From: Dehalococcoidia bacterium
Lineage (GTDB): Bacteria; Chloroflexota; Dehalococcoidia; Lucifugimonadales; JAGWBF01
Assembly: GCA_965116325.1 (NCBI GenBank)
Contig: OZ220675.1
Span: forward strand, 833,536 to 897,535
Direction: 5' to 3'
Length of the DNA: 64,000 nucleotides
Part shown: positions 27,206-35,234 of the stretch, in pieces
Position numbering within the stretch: the first letter of the stretch is position 1
How the letters are laid out: every line of letters starts with the position of its first letter
Translations under genes and position numbers: made by a program
Notes under the pieces: generated by a model
Database searches by the model: none
What the model was told of the DNA's origin: nothing
Seen by the model: only the letters and a program-made list of their open reading frames with translations

Positions 27206-28267
27206 CTAGGCGTCTTCCGGGTCCTCCAAGCCATCTTCGGACAGGCCGTCGGGAAGGACTGCCACCGGCATTGCGTCGGGCAAGACCTCCTTGCTCCGCA
27301 GCAGCTTTTCGATCTCCAAGGCGGTCTCGAGGTTCTCAGCCAGGAACTCCTTGGCGTTCTCGCGACCCTGGCCCAAGCGGTTCTCTCCGTAGGAGTAGAA
27401 GGAACCCGACTTCTTGATGAGACCCTGGGTCACTCCCAGGTCCAGCAGGTCACCCATCTTGTTGATGCCTTGGTTGAACATGATGTCGAACTCGGCGGTG
27501 CGGAAAGGGGGCGCGACCTTGTTCTTGACGACCCTCGCCCGCACACGGCTCCCGATGACATCGGAACCCTGCTTGATGGAGTCGGTGCGGCGCAGGTCGA
27601 TGCGCACCGAGCTGTAGAACTTCAGCGCGCGACCTCCGGGGGTGACCTCGGGGCTGCCGTACATCACTCCGACCTTTTCCCTGAGCTGGTTGATGAAAAC
27701 GACGGCCGTACCCGAGTGGTGGATGGCCGCCGTCAGCTTGCGGAGGGCTTGGGACATGAGGCGCGCCTGGAGGCCCACATGGGAATCACCCATGTCCCCC
27801 TCCAGCTCGGACTTGGGCACCAGGGCCGCTACGCTGTCCACGATAACCGTATCCACGGCACCGCTGCGCACCAAGTACTCGGTTATCTCCAAGGCCTGCT
27901 CTGCGCTGTCCGGCTGGGCGATGAGCAGGTCCTCGACCTTGACTCCGCAGTTGGCTGCGTAGCCGGGGTCCAGGGAATGTTCCACGTCGATGTAGGCGGC
28001 TGTGCCTGCCATCTTCTGGGTCTCGGCCATGACGTGAAGGGCGAGCGTGGACTTACCCGCCGACTCGGTGCCGTAGATCTCGGTGACCCGGCCCTTGGGG
28101 ATCCCCCCAACTCCGAGAGCGAAGTCCAGGGAGAGAGAACCCGTCGGCACCACCTCGGAAGCCAGCTTCTGGGACACCTCTCCCAGTCGCATGATAGAGC
28201 CCTTGCCGTAGTGCCTCTCGATCTGGGAGATGGCGATTTCCAGGGACTTTGCTTTCTCGGTGGTCAT
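27206..28267 (-). CDS. recA: recombinase RecA
   Basis: [25 protein letters not shown], Walker [45 protein letters not shown] at 28267 preferred over the listed upstream extension. Confidence 0.97.
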   Translation of the reverse strand: MTTEKAKSLEIAISQIERHYGKGSIMRLGEVSQKLASEVVPTGSLSLDFALGVGGIPKGRVTEIYGTESAGKSTLALHVMAETQKMAGTAAYIDVEHSLDPGYAANCGVKVEDLLIAQPDSAEQALEITEYLVRSGAVDTVIVDSVAALVPKSELEGDMGDSHVGLQARLMSQALRKLTAAIHHSGTAVVFINQLREKVGVMYGSPEVTPGGRALKFYSSVRIDLRRTDSIKQGSDVIGSRVRARVVKNKVAPPFRTAEFDIMFNQGINKMGDLLDLGVTQGLIKKSGSFYSYGENRLGQGRENAKEFLAENLETALEIEKLLRSKEVLPDAMPVAVLPDGLSEDGLEDPEDA

Positions 28268-28298
28268 TGCGCCTCCGCCAGCCTGCGTAGTGGGGCCG

Positions 28299-28327
28299 AT
28301 AGTAACATACCCATTTTGCACCAACAA
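28299..28327 (-). promoter_or_regulatory. candidate recA promoter
   Basis: Minus strand: TTGTTG (28327-22), 17 nt, TACTAT (28304-28299), about 30 nt upstream of the recA ATG. Only a weak -35. Confidence 0.3.
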
Positions 28328-28472
28328 GAAGACTTTGTCACAGCCCGTTTGCCTGGAGAAACTGCCCAATAGTCATTGCGGCCTTCACCGAAATGCAGCG
28401 CATGCGGCCGATAGCAAAGGCCGTCTGACACTGCTACACTCAGACGGCCCATTCTGGGCCTCGGAAGATGTC

Positions 28473-31400
28473 ATGCTAGAAGCAATTGACTATAAGAATC
28501 CCGCATATAGGGAAGCAGCCGAAGAGATTCTCAGCCGCTATGATAAGGGAGCCGCGGAAGCCAATATCACCAGCGCCATAAGGCACTTCTTGGTTGTCAC
28601 GGGTCTGGCAAAGAGCGATGAGATCGACGAAGAGACTCCGCCCTCAGACACATCCCGCAAGGCCGTTGACCTTACTGCCCTTGACACCTTCATCGAAGTG
28701 AAGGTCAGCGTAGGGCTCGGGCAAGGGTTAAATCCCCACCCGGATTATGTCAAACAATTAGACGACTATCTGGTCGAGTCTCAGAAAACCGGCAAGGGCG
28801 CCCGCATGGGAGTGCTCACCGACGGGAAGCACTGGCTCCTGCGCTGGCCCGGAGCCGGAACTGTAAACACCTCGTCCCCTTATGCCTTTATCCTAGACAG
28901 CTCGGAGAGGTGGACTCGCCTCTATGAGTGGCTAAAGGATGAAGCCCTGGTCCCCATGGAGAATATCGCCCCTGACCGGGATGTCGTTGAGAAAAACTTC
29001 GGCCCCAAGAGCCTTCATTACCAGCGGGACATAGATGCCCTAGCTGGGATGTACCGGGAATACGCCGGTTACGAGACAATAAAACTCAAAAGACGACTTT
29101 GGCACGAGCTCCTCCGCACCGCCCTGGGGGAAATCGCCCAAGATCCCAAAGAACTGGATGACCTGTTTGTGCGCCACACTTATCTCACCGCCGTTATAGG
29201 CATGGTGGTGCAGGCGTACTTTGGGATCGACATTCGTCAGTTGGCTGAGAAGAACCCGGAGTCCCTACTGGATGGCCGGGACTTTCGCAACAAGACTGGT
29301 CTGCTGGGGGTCATCGAATCGGACTTCTTTACATGGCCCACCGAGGTGGGTGGTCTCCCTCTCCTGAAGACCATCGCCCGGCGCGTGGCCCGGTTCGACT
29401 GGAGGGAGTCCCCATCAGATATTGCCTCCATGTTGTACGAAACGGTAATACCGGCGGAGGAACGAAAAACCCTTGGCGAGTACTACACTCCCGCGTGGCT
29501 GGCCAGGTCCATTGTCCGGGAGTTGGTTGGTGACCCCCTCGGCAAGACTATTCTCGACCCCGCCTGCGGCTCGGGCACCTTCGTCGCCGAAGCGGTTGCC
29601 CACGTAATGGAGGCCGCAGCAGGGAACCCCGAACTTGACCCCAAGGAAAAGCTGGAGTGGCTGCGCATCTCAGTTGCTGGCATCGACGTTCACCCGGTAG
29701 CAGTGCATTTGGCCCGCGCTTCATGGGTTATAGCGGCGCGGCCCACCATTCAGGATGCCCTCGATCATGGCTACGACTCCAGCATCACAGTGCCAATCTA
29801 CATGGGGGACTCCCTCCAGCTCAGACTCGGTACGGGTGACATGTTTTCTGAGGCCATGGTTACCCTACCCGTGGAAAACCCCCAGCAAGAGGAATCATCC
29901 GCCGTCGCGGAGGGGGTCGAAGCGCTAAGCCTGAGCTTTCCAATGGCGCTGGTGGAGCGCACCGAAGAGTTCGACGCCTTCATGTCTACTGTCACGGACT
30001 GCATTGAAAACAACGAAGACCCACTAATCGCCCTTGACGACGCTGGCATTGTAGACGAAGGCGAGCGTCAGACCCTGGAAGCGACTATTGCTGTCCTGAA
30101 GCAGCTGCACAATGAAGACCGCGACCATATATGGGCCTACTACACCCGTAACCTGGTGCGCCCGCTGACCTTGGCCCGCACGAAGGTGGATGTGATAGTC
30201 GGCAACCCTCCCTGGATCAACTACAGCGAGACGGCCAGCATCCTGCGCTCTGAGTTGAAGCGCCAGAGCCAGAGCGTGTATGGGATATGGCAGGGAGGTC
30301 AGTACGCCACCCACCAGGATGTGGCCGGGCTATTCTTTGCCCGGTGCGTGGATCTCTACCTGAAGGACGGTGCCGTTATCGGCATGGTCATGCCCCACAG
30401 CGCCCTTCAAACGGGCCAGTACTCCAAGTGGCGCACGGGAAAATGGACCAGCAGAAAGAAATTCTTCACCGTGGCGGTTGACTTCACCCACAAGACCGCC
30501 TGGGACCTGGAGCGCCTGGAGCCCAACACCTTTTTCCCGGTGCCCGCATCGGTGGTGTTTGCCAAGCGACTGGGACTCGGCGTTGACGGAAAACCACTCG
30601 CCGGAGAGGTGGAGCGCTGGCGGGGTGCCACGGGAAGCGGAGATACTTATCGGGAGAAGATCTCGATTAGCGACACTTCCGCTGCAGGAGATTCTCCCTA
30701 CGCTGACCACTCCAGGCAAGGGGCCTCAGTGGTTCCCCGTCGACTATTCTTTGTTGAGGAGATCGAGAACACCGCCATTATTTCAGCTGCGCAGACAATA
30801 ACCGTTAAGCCTCGCCTTGGGTCAAACGACAAGCCACCCTGGCGCGACCTGGATCTAACCTCCATAACCAACAAGACCATTGAGAACCAGCACATCTTCG
30901 AGGTCCACCTGGGTGAGACCATCGCGCCATATGTGACACTGCAACCCCTTAGAGCCGCCTTGCCCTTGAAGTATACCGACACGGTTATCCCCAAAAACGC
31001 CGAAGGACTGGGCGGCATCAACCCAGGGGGCCTGCTGCCACGAATGCGGGACCGGTGGGTCCTCGTGAGCAGCATGTGGGAAGAAAACAAATCCTCAGTG
31101 AATCCGTTGAATCTGTTGGGGAGACTTGACTATCACGGTGAATTGTCAGCCCAGTTGGATTGGAAGAATTACTCAGGAGGTAGGCCGACCCGCATCGCCT
31201 ACACAGGAAGTGGAGAACCTACCGCGGCCATTGTCCAGGGAAAGGCGGTTGTAGATACAAAACTCTATTGGGTGACTTGCAGAAACGACCAAGAAGCCTG
31301 TTATTTGCTGGCAATCATCAACAGCGATGTTTTGCTTGAAGCGGTAGCCCCAATGATGACAAAGGGACAGTTTGGAGCCCGGGATCTACATAAGCACCTA

Positions 31401-31628
31401 TGGAAGCTATCCATCCCTGAGTTCGACCCAGGGAACCATCTCCATGCCGAGATCTCGGAGGCTGGTAAGGCCGCTGCCGATGGCGCAGCACTCAAGCTAG
31501 CGCAGGTACACCAAGATCACGGACCTAGCGCCTCTGTCACTAAGGTCCGTAGCGAATTGCGGAAGTGGCTCCGCTCCTCCCCGGAGGGCAAGGCCGTAGA
31601 GGACGCAGTAACTAGCCTCCTTAAGTGA
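28473..31628 (+). CDS. single-chain N6-adenine DNA methyltransferase with N-terminal PD-(D/E)xK-like module; probable Type IIG/IIL restriction-modification enzyme
   Basis: SAM motif I ILDPACGSGTFV and motif IV VGNPPWINY in gamma-class order. N-terminal VDLTALDTFIEVK (D-x8-ExK). Large C-terminal (TRD-like) region. ATG at 28473; the listed start at 28230 overlaps the recA 5' end. Confidence 0.8.
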   Translation: MLEAIDYKNPAYREAAEEILSRYDKGAAEANITSAIRHFLVVTGLAKSDEIDEETPPSDTSRKAVDLTALDTFIEVKVSVGLGQGLNPHPDYVKQLDDYLVESQKTGKGARMGVLTDGKHWLLRWPGAGTVNTSSPYAFILDSSERWTRLYEWLKDEALVPMENIAPDRDVVEKNFGPKSLHYQRDIDALAGMYREYAGYETIKLKRRLWHELLRTALGEIAQDPKELDDLFVRHTYLTAVIGMVVQAYFGIDIRQLAEKNPESLLDGRDFRNKTGLLGVIESDFFTWPTEVGGLPLLKTIARRVARFDWRESPSDIASMLYETVIPAEERKTLGEYYTPAWLARSIVRELVGDPLGKTILDPACGSGTFVAEAVAHVMEAAAGNPELDPKEKLEWLRISVAGIDVHPVAVHLARASWVIAARPTIQDALDHGYDSSITVPIYMGDSLQLRLGTGDMFSEAMVTLPVENPQQEESSAVAEGVEALSLSFPMALVERTEEFDAFMSTVTDCIENNEDPLIALDDAGIVDEGERQTLEATIAVLKQLHNEDRDHIWAYYTRNLVRPLTLARTKVDVIVGNPPWINYSETASILRSELKRQSQSVYGIWQGGQYATHQDVAGLFFARCVDLYLKDGAVIGMVMPHSALQTGQYSKWRTGKWTSRKKFFTVAVDFTHKTAWDLERLEPNTFFPVPASVVFAKRLGLGVDGKPLAGEVERWRGATGSGDTYREKISISDTSAAGDSPYADHSRQGASVVPRRLFFVEEIENTAIISAAQTITVKPRLGSNDKPPWRDLDLTSITNKTIENQHIFEVHLGETIAPYVTLQPLRAALPLKYTDTVIPKNAEGLGGINPGGLLPRMRDRWVLVSSMWEENKSSVNPLNLLGRLDYHGELSAQLDWKNYSGGRPTRIAYTGSGEPTAAIVQGKAVVDTKLYWVTCRNDQEACYLLAIINSDVLLEAVAPMMTKGQFGARDLHKHLWKLSIPEFDPGNHLHAEISEAGKAAADGAALKLAQVHQDHGPSASVTKVRSELRKWLRSSPEGKAVEDAVTSLLK

Positions 31629-31655
31629 TCCCCTTCTTCAGAGGAGAGGGCTTTT

Positions 31656-31775
31656 CGTCATTGCGGCGCAGGCCGCAATCCAGGGCGGAACGTTGCCTGA
31701 TTCGAAGTTGGCCAATACCCAAGACGCTATCTACCGCTGGCCCTTACCCTTCGATTTCCCACAGGGCGAACGGCC
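31656..31775. repeat. composite palindromic repeat (hairpin B inverted + hairpin A-like half)
   Basis: CGTCATTGCGGCGCAGGCCGCAATCCAGG (31656-31684) is the reverse complement of the 11007-11036 module with about 1 mismatch in the stem-loop. CCCTTCGATTTCCCACAGGGCGAACGGCC (31747-31775) matches hairpin A. Confidence 0.55.
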
Positions 31776-31956
31776 AGCCGGGGGCAGCCGCCCTTTTCGT
31801 AAATTCGGACTAGGTCGCAATGCGGGGGCTATCTTCCTCGGAGGGGAGCCGATCGTCGCCGCCCTTGAATTGGGGCGGCTATCGGGTACAATGTTCCCGG
31901 CCAAGAAGGATACCGGGGACCGTCTTTCTACTACTAGGCTATGGAGATGATGAAGA

Positions 31957-32421
31957 ATGGAAGTCGAAAGGAAGCTGGCTGAAATGGGGCTGGTGCTCCC
32001 TCCGCCAGTCAAAGCCATGGGAAGCTACGTGCTGTCTGTGCGCACGGGAAACCTGCTGTTTCTGGCAGGGCATGGACCAGTCGCCGCCGACGGCTCCATC
32101 TCCCACATTGGCAAGCTGGGGCGCGAGATAAGCGTCGAGCAGGGCTACGAAGCCGCCAAGAACACGGGCCTGAACCTGCTATCCACCACCAAGGTCGCCC
32201 TGGGAGACCTGGACAAGGTGCGCCGGGTGGTCAAGCTGCTTTCGATGGTCAACTGCGTTCCCGACTTTGTGGAGACCGCGCCCGTCGCCAACGGCTGCTC
32301 AGATCTGCTGATTAGCCTGTACGGGGATGCCGGCAAGCACGGAAGGTCGGCGGTGGGAATGGCTTCGCTGCCCGTTGGAATCCCTGTAGAGATCGAGATG
32401 ATCCTGGAGGTGGAGGACTAG
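31957..32421 (+). CDS. RidA/YjgF family protein
   Basis: 154 aa. GNLLFLAGHGP ... GRSAVGMASLPVGIPVEIEMIL is typical of the YjgF/RidA fold. Confidence 0.85.
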   Translation: MEVERKLAEMGLVLPPPVKAMGSYVLSVRTGNLLFLAGHGPVAADGSISHIGKLGREISVEQGYEAAKNTGLNLLSTTKVALGDLDKVRRVVKLLSMVNCVPDFVETAPVANGCSDLLISLYGDAGKHGRSAVGMASLPVGIPVEIEMILEVED

Positions 32422-34163
32422 AAATGCCGGTACCTGTTGACGATGGGTAACCTGCGGTCCTTGCCAAAGGCCCGGGGCGTTATCTTCACACCCGGCGGGG
32501 CCTGCCTGCGCTTGTACTCGTTCCGGTCGACCGTGGCGATGACCTGTTTCACCACCTGGGCATCAAACCCCATTTCCACCATGTCCTGGTAGCTGCGGTC
32601 CTCCTCCACGTAGGCCTTCACCACCGCGTCCAGCACGTCGTAGGGCGGCAACGTGTCCTGGTCCTTCTGGTCCGGCTTCAGCTCAGCGCTGGGGGGCTTG
32701 GTCAGGATGGCCTCGGGGATGGCGTCCCGAGGCTCCATGTTGGAGTTGCGCGAGCGGGCCAGTTCATAAACCAGGGTCTTGGGCACATCCTTCAGCACGG
32801 CGAACCCGCCTACCATGTCGCCGTACAAGGTGGCGTATCCCATGGCCATCTCGCTCTTGTTTCCCGTGGTAAGTATCAGGAAGCCGAACTTGTTGGACAG
32901 GGACATGATGATGTTGCCCCGGATGCGACTCTGCAGGTTCTCTTCCGCCACATTCTCCGGCAGGTCCCCGAAGTGGGGCTTCAGCATGTCCAGGAATGAA
33001 TCGTGGGCCGGCAGTATGGGCGCCTCCCACAGTTCGATGCCCAGGTTGCCGGCCAGCACCTTGGCATCGGCGACGCTACCCTCGCTGGAGTAGCGGGAAG
33101 GCATTGCCACGCCGACCACTTTCTCCCTGCCCAATGCATCCACGGCCACGCAGGCGGTGAGGGCTGAATCGATCCCGCCGGAAATGCCGATGAGTACCTT
33201 GCTGAACCCGCTCTTCTGCACATAGTCCCGGGTCCCCAGCACAAGGGCGCCGTAAATCTCCGCCTTCGAATCGAGCAGGCAGGCTGCTTCCTTGGGAGGC
33301 AGGGAACGCCTCTCCCGCTGGCGGATTGGCGACACCTCGACCGTGCATCCGGCGGTGGCCTTAGATTCGCTCCCATTATCAGCTAGGTCCTTGCGAAAGC
33401 GCGGGTCGTGGAGCCTTGCGCTGAACAGGGCATCGGCATCCAGGTCGGCCACCAGCAGGTCCTCGCTGAACTGGGAAGCCCTGGCCAGCAGGTTGCCTGA
33501 CTGGTCGAAGACCATGCTGCCCCCATCGAACACCAGCTCATCCTGCCCGCCGACGGTGTTCAGGTAAGCGACGTAAACGCTGTTGTCCACCGCCCGGGTG
33601 GCGATCATCCTCTCCCTAGAGAGGCTCTTTCCGGCATGGTAGGGAGACGCATTTATGTTGACTATCACCTCAGCGCCCATATCCCGCTGAACAGAAATGG
33701 GGCCCGCTGGATACCAGATGTCCTCGCAGATGTTGATGCCAACCCTGACCCCATTGACCATGTACACGGGACAGCTGGCGCCTGACTTGAAGTACCGGTC
33801 CTCGTCGAACACGCCGTAGGTGGGCAGGTGCACCTTGTGATAGGAGTCCACCACCTCGCCCCGATAACCCACGGCGCAGGCGTTGTAGGTATCGGCGTCG
33901 GCATCGACGTACCCCACCGCGACCGCTATGTCCTGGGAGGCGGCCATGACCCGCTCCATCTGTCTCAGGTTGTCCCTGATGAAGGACTGCTTGTAGAGAA
34001 GGTCTTCGGCTGGGTAGCCGGTTATGGCCATTTCAGGGAAGGCAACCAGGTCGGCATCCAGGTCCCGGGCGCGGCCGATCATGGCTATGATCTTGTCTGC
34101 GTTTCCTTCGAGGTCACCGACGGTGGGGTTGATCTGGCCGAGGGCCAAGCGGAGCGTTCGCAA
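32418..34163 (-). CDS. nadE: glutamine-dependent NAD+ synthetase
   Basis: N-terminal nitrilase/CN-hydrolase domain (LALGQINPTVGD, FPE, ICEDIW) plus a C-terminal NAD synthetase domain with SGGIDS P-loop. Confidence 0.93.
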   Translation of the reverse strand: MRTLRLALGQINPTVGDLEGNADKIIAMIGRARDLDADLVAFPEMAITGYPAEDLLYKQSFIRDNLRQMERVMAASQDIAVAVGYVDADADTYNACAVGYRGEVVDSYHKVHLPTYGVFDEDRYFKSGASCPVYMVNGVRVGINICEDIWYPAGPISVQRDMGAEVIVNINASPYHAGKSLSRERMIATRAVDNSVYVAYLNTVGGQDELVFDGGSMVFDQSGNLLARASQFSEDLLVADLDADALFSARLHDPRFRKDLADNGSESKATAGCTVEVSPIRQRERRSLPPKEAACLLDSKAEIYGALVLGTRDYVQKSGFSKVLIGISGGIDSALTACVAVDALGREKVVGVAMPSRYSSEGSVADAKVLAGNLGIELWEAPILPAHDSFLDMLKPHFGDLPENVAEENLQSRIRGNIIMSLSNKFGFLILTTGNKSEMAMGYATLYGDMVGGFAVLKDVPKTLVYELARSRNSNMEPRDAIPEAILTKPPSAELKPDQKDQDTLPPYDVLDAVVKAYVEEDRSYQDMVEMGFDAQVVKQVIATVDRNEYKRRQAPPGVKITPRAFGKDRRLPIVNRYRHF

Positions 34164-34358
34164 TGCTGTTCGCCTTTCTGGAGCTCAAGTATAGCACAGG
34201 GAATGGGTCCTTCCCGGCTACAAACATGCTGCTTTGTGAAGGACTGCACAAGCTGACGGCGCAGGGAGCCTCCCCGAAATAGCCTCATTTCCATTCAACG
34301 GTCCGTTGCCCTAGAATAGCTATGCTTTGGAGGTAGGAGAGTCAACGGGGGTGAATGA

Positions 34359-35126
34359 GTGGCCGACATCCAGGCTGTAACCTTCGATCTGTGGCAGACC
34401 CTGCTTATCGACCGTCCGGAGTGGGGCCAGGGACGCAGGGATATGAGAATCGACGGGACGCAACAGGTACTGTGGGAAGCAGGCGAGCGGTTCAGTAGAG
34501 AGCAACTGGATGACGCATACCAGCAAGGCCTCCGCGCTTGCTGGGCGATCAAGGAGACGGGCCGGGAGCCATCCTTCCCTGAGCGGGTCGACTGCTTCAT
34601 CGACTCCATCGACGACGGGCTGAGGGAGAGGCTGGGAGAGGGTCGAGTGAATCGTATCGCTCAGGCCTACGCCAACTCCTTCTATGGGCACCCTACGCTC
34701 CCACACAAGGATGCGGCCGCGGTCCTGAGGCAGGTCAAAGCCGCCCAGTATCGCATCGGCCTGATCTCCAACACGGACATGACCCCGGGTGTCCTCTTCC
34801 GTGAGTACATGGAGCGGCTGGATATGCTCAAGTATTTCGATGTCCTGACCTTCTCCGATGAGGCCGGTTTCCCCAAACCGGAGAGGGAGATATTCGAGAT
34901 GACATCCGCCAAGCTGGGAGTGGAGCCTTCAAGAACGGTCCATGTGGGCGACCACTTCGTCAATGACGTGGTCGGGGCGCAGGGGGTCGGCATGAAGGCC
35001 ATATGGATCAAGAACGAGGCCGGGTCAGCCGGGTCTGAGTACGGCCAAGCGGATGTCACAATAGCGGATCTGGGGGAGACGGCCGAGGCCGTTCTCGCCC
35101 TCTCGGGCAGGCCCTCCGAGGTTTGA
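34359..35126 (+). CDS. HAD-superfamily hydrolase
   Basis: Motif I VTFDLWQTL, motif II ISNT, motif IV HVGDHFVNDVVGAQGVGM. Confidence 0.85.
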   Translation: MADIQAVTFDLWQTLLIDRPEWGQGRRDMRIDGTQQVLWEAGERFSREQLDDAYQQGLRACWAIKETGREPSFPERVDCFIDSIDDGLRERLGEGRVNRIAQAYANSFYGHPTLPHKDAAAVLRQVKAAQYRIGLISNTDMTPGVLFREYMERLDMLKYFDVLTFSDEAGFPKPEREIFEMTSAKLGVEPSRTVHVGDHFVNDVVGAQGVGMKAIWIKNEAGSAGSEYGQADVTIADLGETAEAVLALSGRPSEV

Positions 35127-35234
35127 CACCCCATAGGGAACCATGTAGCATAAACAGGCCTATTCAAGCGCCTGCGATCGGCCTTCGCACGGCATATTCC
35201 AACCCTGCACTCATTTCACAAACGGGAGATTATC

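Noticed and set aside
28268-28472. SOS/LexA operator upstream of recA
   Set aside because: I searched both strands by eye for GAAC-N4-GTTC and for CTGT-N8-ACAG types. Neither is present. Only an ATGC-AGC-GCAT mini-palindrome and the 10-bp dyad nearer the RM gene were seen, so no LexA box is claimed.
28230-28472. N-terminal 81-codon extension of the RM ORF; also extensions of recA (28268-28369), soxB (41032-41124), soxA (44699-44890), apt (5604-5654), the protease (49996-50103) and the DsrE-like genes
   Set aside because: The extensions overlap neighbouring genes or the tRNA. They lack homology-like sequence. Internal ATG/GTG codons with SD-like motifs give N termini that match the families.
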